Below are positions 6,368-15,043 of a stretch of 25,300 nt of DNA, piece by piece. The position numbers and the translations under genes were made by a program. The DNA is from a virus. Taxonomy: Duplodnaviria > Caudoviricetes. The stretch's first letter is position 1. Every line of letters begins with the position of its first letter. The stretch lies in the IMG/VR virus record IMGVR_UViG_3300037424_001381, positions 1-25,300 of that record. One strand, given 5' to 3'. The notes below the pieces were generated by a model. That model was not told the origin of the DNA. It was given only the letters and a program-made list of their open reading frames with translations, and ran no database searches.

Positions 6368-7762
6368 TCAGCCTCCAAACATCCCGGCGCCGCCGAGGGT
6401 CGCCGTCCCGAGCGCCGCCCCCCCGACGGCCGATGTAGTTTCGCTGCCGAAGACGAGCTTGTCGGCCGTTGTGACGGGGTTCGTCACGGGGAAGTCCGAG
6501 TTCGCCGTTGTGCCCCCCAGCAGATAGCCCGCCGTCACCCCATCGGAGCCGGTTCCCAGGTTCTGCCGGGCAGCACTTAGAGCCGCTCCACCGACCGTAG
6601 CGATCCCTTCAGTGGCGAATGTGAACTTCTCTGCCGTCGCATACACGGCCACGCCTTCCGCCGCGCCGCCGAGGAACCATCCATCCGTCGCATTGCTCAC
6701 ATTCTGGCTCACACCGGACTTCGCCTGGCTGAGGGCGCTGGAAACGAGGGCCTCTGTGTCCGTGGTGAACTGCGTTCGCTTGATCTCGGTCGACTGCCCG
6801 GACGCGCCGTTGTGATACCCGGCGACGTACCCATAGGCCGTAGTGTTGACGCCGGCGCGCAAGGCACAGGCAATGCTGCCGCCGGCGCTGAGGGTGGACC
6901 AAGTTTGGGAAACGAGGTTCATCTTGTAGCGGCTCTGGCTGTCGGTCGCGGCAGAGTCCACGCCATAGAGCGCGTAGATATCGTTCGCGCTGAGGTTGCA
7001 AGCCACGCCACTGCGCGCCGCCGGGATAGCGGAAATGGAAGCCGTCACTTCACTGGAGAATGTGAGCTTGTCGACAACCGCGCTCTCGTCGGCGGCGAAG
7101 CCACCGATGGCGTAGCCCACGAGGGAGGCGTAGACGCCCCCGGCGTGTCTCCGGGCCACCGACAGGGCCGCGCCGGCGACCGAGCCCGTGGTGTCGGTCG
7201 ATGTGGTCCACTTGTAAGTCGTGGCCACGACAGCGCCCTGGTAGCCGCCGCCATGATAGAGGTTGCCTCCGGCCAGGCCGAGCTCTATCCCCGGAAGAAG
7301 GATTGCGCTGACGGAGCCCGCCCCGCCTCCGGAGTAGGCCGTGGTGGCTACCGCAAAGATGCCGGGACCGCTCTTGAGTTTCCCAACGGAAGACGCTCTG
7401 CCCGCCGTCGTCGAGGTCACCAGGAAATCGCCGCGCGCTACGTTCCCCTGCACCAGCACGGTGCATTTCTCGGGCGCGGTGTAAACAAGACCAGCGGCGT
7501 TATTGGCGATGCTCTCTGAGAGAACACCAAGGATGCGGCGATCGCTGGCGATAGTCGTTGTAGTGAACGCGTCGTCGTAGGCTGCCTCAAGGATCACTAC
7601 GGCGCCGGCCGCAAGATCCCCGCCGCTTTTGTTGGTCATGGAGGCTTTGCCGGCGATGTCCACCCAGGCCTTGAGTTGGGCCTCGTTGTCCATCCCCTGG
7701 TTGTAGTCGGCCAGGGTAGCTTCGGCCCCGGCGACAATGTGCGTCCTGGCTGCATAGCTCAT
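6368..7762 (-). CDS. putative receptor-binding/tail-tip protein with a six-bladed Kelch-like beta-propeller
   Basis: Six GG-type blades: LYHGGGY, GYAIGGF, IYALYGV, GYVAGYH, GWFLGGA, GYLLGGT, most preceded by LSxAR-like motifs. The N-terminal region resembles beta-rich capsid-cement/fibre domains. Confidence 0.75.
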   Translation of the reverse strand: MSYAARTHIVAGAEATLADYNQGMDNEAQLKAWVDIAGKASMTNKSGGDLAAGAVVILEAAYDDAFTTTTIASDRRILGVLSESIANNAAGLVYTAPEKCTVLVQGNVARGDFLVTSTTAGRASSVGKLKSGPGIFAVATTAYSGGGAGSVSAILLPGIELGLAGGNLYHGGGYQGAVVATTYKWTTSTDTTGSVAGAALSVARRHAGGVYASLVGYAIGGFAADESAVVDKLTFSSEVTASISAIPAARSGVACNLSANDIYALYGVDSAATDSQSRYKMNLVSQTWSTLSAGGSIACALRAGVNTTAYGYVAGYHNGASGQSTEIKRTQFTTDTEALVSSALSQAKSGVSQNVSNATDGWFLGGAAEGVAVYATAEKFTFATEGIATVGGAALSAARQNLGTGSDGVTAGYLLGGTTANSDFPVTNPVTTADKLVFGSETTSAVGGAALGTATLGGAGMFGG

Positions 7763-7769
7763 AGTTTCC

Positions 7770-10001
7770 TCACGGTGCCGGGATCGTCTCGGACGGCGCT
7801 TCGCTGAACCGCCCTACGTCCGGTATCCAGTACGAGGCTGCTCCGCCCGGCACGATCTCGGCCGGCTCCATGAGCCACTCGCACCAGATGATCCCCCCAG
7901 CCTCCACGTCGAAGGTCACCCCGTTGATGAAGTAGTCAGCGGACCGGGCCGTCACGGGTTCCGAGAGCGTGATCCGGCTGCCGGGCTCGCCCAGGAGGAA
8001 TGCCCGCATGAGGGCGTCGCTGGCATTGGCGAGGAATCGCACAGTCACAGGCGGCGGGGGGTCCGTCCAGTGGAGCTTGAGGAATCCCGCCAAGGTTTCC
8101 GCGACGAGGGGGTTGTCGTGCTGCTCCAGATCCCAGGTCAGTGTTAGTTCACCCTGTGCGTCCACGCTCTCTTCGTCCCGCGCCTCCGCTGTTTGATCGT
8201 CATAGGCATAAATGCCATAGCCACGAAGCTTCAGGGAATTCACCCAGCCGGGATTCTCCCCGGTGTTGATGGCGACGATCTTCGCCGAGTTGCCGCCGAT
8301 GGCCCCGGCTTCGATCTCGCTGGCGGCCTCGTCCCCAGAACTGTCGGCCAGCATCCAGTAGCCGATGGGCGCGTGCGACATGATCGCCGGCCGCGGGTCC
8401 GTGCCGAGGGCGTTGTAGATGGCCAGGATGTCAGCGGCTGTCAATACGCGGTCGAAGACGGCAGCGTGGGCCAGGAGGCCCTTGTGGGCAGTGGCTATGT
8501 TCTGGGAAAGCGAGGCTTCGGTAAGCGACCCTGCAAAGATGCCAAGCCCCGTTGCCGTCGCTCCTGCTTGTACTCCATTGAGATAGGCTTTGACTTCTTC
8601 GGCGGCCTTGTCCCACGTCATACCAAGTAGGAACCAGTCCGTGCTTGCCGCCAATGATGTATCGCCAATGCTCTCGGTGGTTCCCGCGGCGTTGTAGAGC
8701 CAGTTGATTTGGTTGACGGTGGTGTTCTTCCTGACGATGACATAGTTGCTGCCATCTGCAAGAAGGCGGAAAATCTGTCTTGATACCCCATCCGCCCACA
8801 CCGCCGCATCCGTGATGCGCACTGGCACCAAGATTGCCCCCAGCGATCCGTTGAACAGCCGCGCCAATTCCGGCGACCAGATGTTGACGTACTGCGCGCC
8901 AGCGAAGGAGAAGGCGGTCCGCCCGTCTCCCACACCAGAGGCTCCCATTGTCGGTGCCGCTGCCCCGGCCCCGAGAGCGCCGGCCAGGTCGCCCGTGATG
9001 ATCCGCAGGTCGTCATTCAGGTCGCCGTAGTCGCCCTCGTTCGAGCCAAACTTGAAATCGGTGTCGGCCTCAAGGGGAGTGATGACCCCCGTGGCCGAGA
9101 TCGGGCGCTTGGTCGCCGGGTCAATGAACTGGACGACCATCGGGAGGCTTTGCTTGGGATTGAGCGCGAACCTCTTCTCCCGGTTGTAGATCGTCACCAG
9201 CTCGGTGTCGACGCGCTTCGGGAAGACCCGCACCCTGATGACATTGCGGGCGGATGAGCGAAGATGCTCCACCGTCAGATCCTGCATGGTGTCGGCCAGC
9301 GTGGCCACCACCGTGGTGTCCGTGCCTCGTTTGCGATGGTTCTCGAAGGTCAGCGTTTCCCCGCCGGCAGTGTCTCCCTTCAGGTAGATCCGCCCCCCCA
9401 ATTCGTTCCGGCACAGCTTCTGAAAGAGCCCGAGGACACTTGTCTTTGCGTCGCTCTCGGTGTCGAACACCCTGGCCAGGGTCTCAGTTCCGGTGCCGAA
9501 GGCCGTAGCCCGCGGCTGGACAGGCATGTCGGCCAGGATGTCAGGCAGGACCTCGTCTACGCGAACGTCGGTCTGAATGGGCAGCTGGGAGATGAGCTGC
9601 ACCGCCGCCTGGTCCATCCAGTCGACGGCAGTGACCCGGGTCACGCGCTCCCTGTATGTCCCGAAGGCCGGCAGAATGTCGGCGATCTTGCCGCGCCACT
9701 TGTAGTAGGCCGTGCCATCGTAGGTGAACTTCGCCCGAATGTCGGCGCCCTTGGCAAAGCCGGTCCTGAGATTTACATGGCCGGGGGAATAGAGCCCGAT
9801 CGATCCGGCGCTGTTCTGCTCGCTGTTGTCCAAGGAAAGGGAGGCGCTGCCGGTGGAAGCCACCAGGGCCGAAGGCCCGGCGTCAGTGATGCCGTACTTG
9901 CAGGTCAGAGGAGCATCCCCGAGGCGGACATCGGCGTACATGTCGGTCCACGCCGTGCCCCCGAAATTGCATTCAAGCGCGATGGCGGCCGAGACGCTCA
10001 T
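7770..10001 (-). CDS. minor tail (hub/baseplate-like) protein with an internal LamG/ConA-like lectin domain
   Basis: Directly follows the tape measure gene. The N-terminus (TAWTD..DVR..GSASLSLDN) is typical of siphovirus minor tail proteins. The internal AFSFAG..WFLLGMTWD..KAYLNG..GLLAHAAVFDRVLTAADI is a LamG_3 motif. Confidence 0.8.
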   Translation of the reverse strand: MSVSAAIALECNFGGTAWTDMYADVRLGDAPLTCKYGITDAGPSALVASTGSASLSLDNSEQNSAGSIGLYSPGHVNLRTGFAKGADIRAKFTYDGTAYYKWRGKIADILPAFGTYRERVTRVTAVDWMDQAAVQLISQLPIQTDVRVDEVLPDILADMPVQPRATAFGTGTETLARVFDTESDAKTSVLGLFQKLCRNELGGRIYLKGDTAGGETLTFENHRKRGTDTTVVATLADTMQDLTVEHLRSSARNVIRVRVFPKRVDTELVTIYNREKRFALNPKQSLPMVVQFIDPATKRPISATGVITPLEADTDFKFGSNEGDYGDLNDDLRIITGDLAGALGAGAAAPTMGASGVGDGRTAFSFAGAQYVNIWSPELARLFNGSLGAILVPVRITDAAVWADGVSRQIFRLLADGSNYVIVRKNTTVNQINWLYNAAGTTESIGDTSLAASTDWFLLGMTWDKAAEEVKAYLNGVQAGATATGLGIFAGSLTEASLSQNIATAHKGLLAHAAVFDRVLTAADILAIYNALGTDPRPAIMSHAPIGYWMLADSSGDEAASEIEAGAIGGNSAKIVAINTGENPGWVNSLKLRGYGIYAYDDQTAEARDEESVDAQGELTLTWDLEQHDNPLVAETLAGFLKLHWTDPPPPVTVRFLANASDALMRAFLLGEPGSRITLSEPVTARSADYFINGVTFDVEAGGIIWCEWLMEPAEIVPGGAASYWIPDVGRFSEAPSETIPAP

Positions 10002-11659
10002 CCGAGGAGCACCCCATCCCTCACCGCGTTGACGATCCTATCGCCGAGGCGGCGGATCTCCGTCACGGTGGAGCGCCCAGTCTCGGCCAGGATCCGATTC
10101 TGTTCACGAGTCTGCTGGGCGACGGCCGTCGGAATCTGCATGGCTACGCCCGAAGCCGCTCCCTGGGCCGCCTGCACCGCCACGCCGGCGGCAGCCGCGC
10201 TCGCGGCCTCTGCCGCCACGGCCACAACGCTCGCAAGGCTTTCTCCGCCGCTAAGCCCGGCACCAGTCTTGTTAGTCACGCGGGTTCCGGCAAACCGGCT
10301 TCCGCTCCCGTCCAGGCTGTAGGTGCCGCCCGTGGATGTCTTCCTCCGGTTCGGGTCATCGCCCTTCCCACCCCCAAAGACGAACCCGCGCACGGCGCCC
10401 ATGTTCTTCTTCATCGCCATCCACTCGGCATGGGGGATGACCTGACCGTCGATGATCCCTTCTTCGCCGGCCTCACCCACGGAGGCTACGCCGGTCGTGG
10501 GAAGGCGTCCGCCCTGGGCATAGGACCAAATCCAGTTCCCGTTCGCGTCACGCTTCCAGGTGTTATGCATATTCTTGTTGCGGTCATCGGGGCTACCCGA
10601 TGTGTTTCTTTCTACGTATCCCGCCTCTAGACCGGCCAGTGTTTGGCGGATCGTCGTGATCCTATGGATCGTCTGGATGTTGTACAGGTAGGATGCCCCA
10701 CCTGTTGCCAAGAGGCGCTTGGTCTCCTCGTCTCCGCCGATCTCGTCCCAATGAACCGCGATGGTCGGGTTGAGATGCATCCCGCCCAGTTTGTTCAACC
10801 GCTCCAAGAGGGTCTCGGAGACGTGCACTGCCGCCCGCTCCTGCTCGCTCGCGCGGTAGATTGCCTGCCCGGAGTTCTTCCATGCCCCCTGAAGCCGCTG
10901 AAGAAGGTCGACCTGCTCCTGGATAGTCATATTCGCCAGCTTGTAGGCGGGGATGCCCTCAGTAGCCAACGCCCTTCGAAGGGCATCGCGGGCTTTGCCC
11001 TCCTCCCAGGCCAGCATGATGTTGTCCTTGGTCACCAAGCCGGACTGGGTGGCGATGACGTTGGCCCCCATCGCAATATTCTTGTACTCGGCCAGGGAGC
11101 GAGTGTAGGCATCCTGGGCATCGGTCATCTTGTCGGTGACGAAGGACGAATCCCTGGCGTTCTTGATGTAGCCGGCGAGCTGGGCATTGTCCAGCCGTAG
11201 GGTCTCGGCCAGTTCGAGCCCGCTGCGGCCAAGTAATTTCACCGTGAGGGCGGTGCGCTCCGCTTCGCCTCCCGTGGCATCCAACCTCGCCTTTGCCTGA
11301 AGCAGCCCATCAAGGGTAGGAGCAATCCCGTTCTGGGACAGTGTCTTGAATGCCATGTTCAGCGTCGAGGATTCAATCCCCATCGTGTTCATGATGTTCT
11401 TCAGCGCGCCGGCCTCTTTGGTCGTCACCCCGAAGCGATCTGCGATGTCGTCCACGCTCGCAATGAGGGCTGCCCCATCGTCAACCGCCTTCAGGTAGGC
11501 CTTGCCGGCGGCCGCCGCACCCACCGCGATGAGGGCGAAGGACGAGGTGGCAATAGCGCCCATCCGCTGCATCCCCGGGATGGCCGCGTTCACGCCGCGC
11601 TTGAAGTTGTCGTCCTTCAGGGAAAGCTCGGAGTACATGCTCGCGACTTTGACGCTCAC
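9998..11659 (-). CDS. tail tape measure protein (553 aa)
   Basis: Follows the G/GT chaperones. MSVKVASMYSELSLKDDNFKRGV-type start, Ala-rich helical body, and C-terminal YAQGG...VGEAGEE motif. Confidence 0.85.
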   Translation of the reverse strand: MSVKVASMYSELSLKDDNFKRGVNAAIPGMQRMGAIATSSFALIAVGAAAAGKAYLKAVDDGAALIASVDDIADRFGVTTKEAGALKNIMNTMGIESSTLNMAFKTLSQNGIAPTLDGLLQAKARLDATGGEAERTALTVKLLGRSGLELAETLRLDNAQLAGYIKNARDSSFVTDKMTDAQDAYTRSLAEYKNIAMGANVIATQSGLVTKDNIMLAWEEGKARDALRRALATEGIPAYKLANMTIQEQVDLLQRLQGAWKNSGQAIYRASEQERAAVHVSETLLERLNKLGGMHLNPTIAVHWDEIGGDEETKRLLATGGASYLYNIQTIHRITTIRQTLAGLEAGYVERNTSGSPDDRNKNMHNTWKRDANGNWIWSYAQGGRLPTTGVASVGEAGEEGIIDGQVIPHAEWMAMKKNMGAVRGFVFGGGKGDDPNRRKTSTGGTYSLDGSGSRFAGTRVTNKTGAGLSGGESLASVVAVAAEAASAAAAGVAVQAAQGAASGVAMQIPTAVAQQTREQNRILAETGRSTVTEIRRLGDRIVNAVRDGVLLG

Positions 11660-11663
11660 CCGC

Positions 11664-11864
11664 TCACCTCTTCCTCAAGATCGATCCTGCCGCCGCCCCT
11701 CTGCCGGCGAGCACCTGAAGGTACTCGTGCAGAGTGTCCAGCGGCAGCGCGTCCACGTATTCCAGCGTCCACCCGAAGCGCTCGGCCAATTCCCATCGTG
11801 ACTGCTCGAACGACTGCGGATCCCCGAGCGCTAGGTTTCGGTAGACCCGCCGGGAGAGTTTGGG
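11664..11864 (-). CDS. tail assembly chaperone gpT segment, reached by -1 frameshift (GT about 142 aa)
   Basis: The -1 frame from CCCAAAC reads PKLSRRVYRNLALGDPQSFEQSRWELAERFGWTLEYVDALPLDTLHEYLQVLAGRGAAAGSILRKR*, ending just before the tape measure start. LAERFGWT..YV is a gpT-like motif. This frame is not in the supplied ORF track. Confidence 0.85.
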   Translation of the reverse strand, partial: PKLSRRVYRNLALGDPQSFEQSRWELAERFGWTLEYVDALPLDTLHEYLQVLAGRGAAAGSILRKR

Positions 11865-12091
11865 CGCGAGGTCTCGGGGTCCCGGGCGCGGTCGAACATC
11901 TCTTTCGAGATTGCCCGATAGTCCGGGAAGGGGAGGGAAGACACCTCCGCGGAGGAGAGGCCGAAGACCTTTCCCAGCGTGGCATCTCCCTCCGCCTCCA
12001 GTTGCTTTGGATCGAACAGCGCCCGGAACTCGGCGATCGTGATCGCCCCGAGATCCGCCTCGACCTCGCGCCCACTCATCAGCTTCACCAT
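11831..12091 (-). CDS. tail assembly chaperone gpG (86 aa)
   Basis: Lies between the tail tube and tape measure genes; GGAGGGAG RBS; slippery site near the 3' end. Confidence 0.85.
   Translation of the reverse strand: MVKLMSGREVEADLGAITIAEFRALFDPKQLEAEGDATLGKVFGLSSAEVSSLPFPDYRAISKEMFDRARDPETSRPNSPGGSTET
11858..11864 (-). other. programmed -1 ribosomal frameshift site C CCA AAC
   Basis: X XXY YYZ heptamer in the correct phase (Pro-Asn codons of gpG). The -1 frame stays open to 11664. Confidence 0.8.
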
Positions 12092-12116
12092 GTCGCTCCC
12101 TCCAAGCCCCGTCGGC

Positions 12117-12518
12117 TTAGTACACGCCTCGAGTGAGGGCGCCCGACTTCTGGAAGTCGACCGACATCTCGGACGTGTCCGAGAACGGGAAGTTCATCTT
12201 CGGGCCCATGCTGATGGCCGGGATGGTGTACTTCCGCTTGCCGGTGGCGGTGCCCTCGGGCCCCACGATGAGCGTGCCCGACTTGCCTTCGATCAGGGCG
12301 TCTTCAAGCGCCGTGCCTCCGGCCTGAACGACCCCGGACCAGTTGACCGTGGCGTCCTTGACGGTCGCCAGGTACTGCTCGTCGGCGTCGCTGCCGGCGG
12401 TGGCCTTGGCCAGGCCGATGGTCGGGGTGATCGTGACAGTCCGGTGATCGCCCGTCAGGGTCGCAGTGCCCCCGCTGTGGACCCAAGTCGTGACCAGTGC
12501 GCTGCCGCTGAACTCCAT
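12117..12518 (-). CDS. major tail tube protein (133 aa)
   Basis: Position after the tail terminator; beta-rich, with ..GPEGTATGKRKY.. and C-terminal SVDFQKSGALTRG; GGAGG RBS. Confidence 0.8.
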   Translation of the reverse strand: MEFSGSALVTTWVHSGGTATLTGDHRTVTITPTIGLAKATAGSDADEQYLATVKDATVNWSGVVQAGGTALEDALIEGKSGTLIVGPEGTATGKRKYTIPAISMGPKMNFPFSDTSEMSVDFQKSGALTRGVY

Positions 12519-12540
12519 CTTCTAACCCTCCTGCCAGCGT

Positions 12541-12966
12541 TTAGCTGGCATCGAGCCTGACGCGGTAGGCCGCGCCGGCCATGTACGTAGGGACCTTGGC
12601 GGGGTGAAACTCCACCAGCTCAAAGTCCTCCTCTCGCGCAAGCCAAAAGTTGCCCCAGCCCGTTACCGTGAGTGGCTTCATGTGGAGCAAGACATCGATC
12701 TGCGCGTCGATGCTCCCCGCTTTCGCCGGCCCCGTCGAGGAGTACCCTCGGGCGAAGACCAGCAGGTTCTTCGTGCGATTGCCCGTCAGGTTTTCATCGC
12801 CACCTCCCTGATGGCTGAAGACCATGTAGTCCAGAGCTGCGTCCTTTGGCGCCGCCAGGTGGTACACGCTTGGGGAAGCCGTGCCTCCAGCCAGCAGTGC
12901 CGTGAGAGCGGTGCCGCCGGAAAGCCGCGTGTACATCGCAGCCCAGAGCGCGTTGAAAGCGCTCAT
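12541..12966 (-). CDS. tail terminator/completion protein (DUF3168-like)
   Basis: AMYTRLSG..LTALL....VY..AP.....YMVF pattern, plus synteny. Confidence 0.75.
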   Translation of the reverse strand: MSAFNALWAAMYTRLSGGTALTALLAGGTASPSVYHLAAPKDAALDYMVFSHQGGGDENLTGNRTKNLLVFARGYSSTGPAKAGSIDAQIDVLLHMKPLTVTGWGNFWLAREEDFELVEFHPAKVPTYMAGAAYRVRLDAS

Positions 12967-13301
12967 ATCTGGCCGATCCTCTCGATGGCAGCACCGATCC
13001 GATCATTGAGAGACTTCATGGCCTTCTCGAAGGCCGGCACTAGGAATGGCCGCGCTGCCATCCGACTCGTCCCGAGCTCCTGGAAGACGCCATACTCCAC
13101 GCCATCCTGGACGATCCAGTGATTCAGCTTGACGCGTAGCGCCATCAGGCTGGCTCGCAGGGCGCCAGTTTCCACAGGTGCTCGCTTCTTTGCCTCTGCC
13201 TCCACGTCGAACGCCGCCCGGCCCAGGATCTGGTCGAATGTCCGACCGCTCTCCTGTGAGAGCCGCTGCAGCCCGGAGATGTCGATGCGCACGGAACTCA
13301 T
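12963..13301 (-). CDS. HK97 gp10-like neck protein
   Basis: AKKRAPVETGALRAS..VEYGVFQELGTSRMAARPFLVPA signature. The start is placed at the TGATG overlap (13301). Confidence 0.9.
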   Translation of the reverse strand: MSSVRIDISGLQRLSQESGRTFDQILGRAAFDVEAEAKKRAPVETGALRASLMALRVKLNHWIVQDGVEYGVFQELGTSRMAARPFLVPAFEKAMKSLNDRIGAAIERIGQI

Positions 13302-13678
13302 CACACTCGCCCCAGGGTGGCCCGCAGGATCAGCGGCCATGAACCATCGTCGTTCACCGAGAGTACGTTGTAGGTTTCTCCACCGTGGACGACCCGGTTA
13401 TCCGTGGTGAGCGCGACGTCGTGCGCCACCGTCAGGACCCAATCCGAGTAATCCCGCTGGGCGGCCGCCACTGGCGTCCGGCCGCCGCCCTTGTTGTCGA
13501 GTCTGCATGGCACCGCCGTCCCACCCACGGCCGTCCCCCAAGCCTCGGTGAAGTTCCCTTGCCCGTCCGCCGTCCGGGTCAGGGCGAGAATGCTACAGGT
13601 ATCAGGCAGCGCGACGGCTTCGATCTCGGCGCGCATGTCAGTGAGCTCTGCGGAGGAGGGGCCAGAGCTGATGCTCAT
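13301..13678 (-). CDS. head-closure/head-tail adaptor (SPP1 gp16-like)
   Basis: DTCSI....DGQG..TEAW....VPCRL...DNRVVHGGETYNV pattern, plus synteny. Confidence 0.75.
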   Translation of the reverse strand: MSISSGPSSAELTDMRAEIEAVALPDTCSILALTRTADGQGNFTEAWGTAVGGTAVPCRLDNKGGGRTPVAAAQRDYSDWVLTVAHDVALTTDNRVVHGGETYNVLSVNDDGSWPLILRATLGRV

Positions 13679-14262
13679 GCGTCCATATCACTCCGCCGAA
13701 CCTGGAGCACGGCTAGGTCAGCCTCCTGGCTGTCGTAGTAATTGGCCATCTTCAGGCAGTGGTCGTGGAACTGACTGCGCTGGAACGAGTGGCCGTCGGT
13801 CGAGAAGGAGTAGGCCTTCGCGGCGTAGCCGGCCTTGCGCCTCCAGACCTCGGCCGCCGACGCGTTGATCTTGAAATAGCGGCCGGTCAGGTAGTAGGCG
13901 GTGCCCTTCTGGTCGGCGCCGAATGTCACGATCCCGCGCTGATAGTCGACGCTGTAGGAGGCCGTCCCTACAACGGAGCCATCACTGGTTTCGACAATGA
14001 AGAAGACCGACCCCCCCGTCGTCTTTTCCCACCAGCGGCCCTTCTCTGCCTTGTACTCCTTGTAGACGACAGATCCGCCACCCGTGAGGTCGGCGATGGC
14101 GCACAGCGGCAGCCGGTAGATGTCGACCCGGTAGTCGTCGAGCACGACCTGCAGCTGGTTGTCGTCCCACATGTTCGCCGTCCCGATGGCGTAGTCGGCC
14201 GTCCCGGCGTCGACCATCGATCGGAGATTGAGGAGGATGTCTGCGAGTCCGGTTCTGGCCAT
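13675..14262 (-). CDS. head-tail connector/adaptor (gp15/gp6-like) with an inserted beta domain (195 aa)
   Basis: GAGGA RBS precedes ATG 14262 (MARTGLADILLNLRSMVD). Helical N- and C-termini (AAEVWRRKA..YSFSTDGHSFQRSQ) flank a YSVDYQRGIVTF beta insert. Confidence 0.7.
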   Translation of the reverse strand: MARTGLADILLNLRSMVDAGTADYAIGTANMWDDNQLQVVLDDYRVDIYRLPLCAIADLTGGGSVVYKEYKAEKGRWWEKTTGGSVFFIVETSDGSVVGTASYSVDYQRGIVTFGADQKGTAYYLTGRYFKINASAAEVWRRKAGYAAKAYSFSTDGHSFQRSQFHDHCLKMANYYDSQEADLAVLQVRRSDMDA

Positions 14263-14263
14263 G

Positions 14264-15043
14264 TCAGATCCTCGATGCCTCGAGCCACGCCTCGGGCCCC
14301 TTGACCTCGAGCCAGGGCTGGCGAGGGCCGTTGTGGGCGCCGCAAACCGTGCAGCCGGCGAGCGGCTCATCCGTGGTCAGGAAGGCGCGCAGGCTCTCTT
14401 CGGTGATCCCGTCCAGCGGGAGGCCGTCGTGGCCGACGTCGAGGCCCAGCACAAGGGGTGCGATGAAGGGCGACGTGCAACACTTGTAGAACCGACCACC
14501 ATCGACGACGTGCGTATAGGTCCGGAACCAGCACTGAGCGTGCTGGGCCCGGGTACCGGCCTTGTCCTTCGGCTGTCGGTATAGGAGCGCCGTGAAGTAG
14601 CTATCCGTCCGGGCGTCCTTCAGTTCGAAGGCCGTCTCTGTCTCCTCGCAGGCGGCGCGCATCCACGCCACATCGGCGTCAGTCATCTTTCCGGGGTAGG
14701 CGCTGAGGACCAGCTTGTCGATCCGCATCCAGAACTCGGGAAGCTGCTTGCGGACCAGCAGGCCATTCGTCCAGACCTCGATCTCGTCAGCGATCTCGCT
14801 CATGGTCGCCACGCCCAGGAGCTCCACCAGGTCTGGGTGCAGCAGTGGTTCGCCGCCGATCGCCGCCCACGCCTTCGAGTGCGCCACGCGGCCGAGACGT
14901 TCGAGGTCGTGCGCCAGCGCTTCGGGCGTGATGTCTGGAAGGCTCTTGTGTGCGCCGAGCCCCACGAAATGATTGCACCCCCGGCAGCGTAGCTGGCACC
15001 GCAGCGTGAGATTCGTCTCGAGGTGAGGCAGAAAGACGGTCAC
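14264..15043 (-). CDS. radical SAM enzyme with a C-terminal Cys cluster (twitch/SPASM-like)
   Basis: NLTLRCQLRCRGC (CxxxCxxC), IGGEPLLHPDL and WTNG motifs. C-terminal CWF..FYKCC..CTVC. Confidence 0.92.
   Translation of the reverse strand: MTVFLPHLETNLTLRCQLRCRGCNHFVGLGAHKSLPDITPEALAHDLERLGRVAHSKAWAAIGGEPLLHPDLVELLGVATMSEIADEIEVWTNGLLVRKQLPEFWMRIDKLVLSAYPGKMTDADVAWMRAACEETETAFELKDARTDSYFTALLYRQPKDKAGTRAQHAQCWFRTYTHVVDGGRFYKCCTSPFIAPLVLGLDVGHDGLPLDGITEESLRAFLTTDEPLAGCTVCGAHNGPRQPWLEVKGPEAWLEASRI

Noticed and set aside
6368-7762. Diversity-generating retroelement target or invertible tail-fibre cassette
   Set aside because: No reverse transcriptase, TR/VR repeat pair, C-type lectin end or invertase is visible in the window.
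9998-11659. Unusually short tape measure, suggesting a GTA or defective element
   Set aside because: 553 aa is within the range for short-tailed siphoviruses. The surrounding genes look intact and no pseudogenes were seen.
11656-12075. 139-aa minus-strand ORF as the gpT chaperone
   Set aside because: It is in the wrong frame and is Arg/Ser-rich nonsense. The gpT motif lies in the -1 frame ending at 11664.
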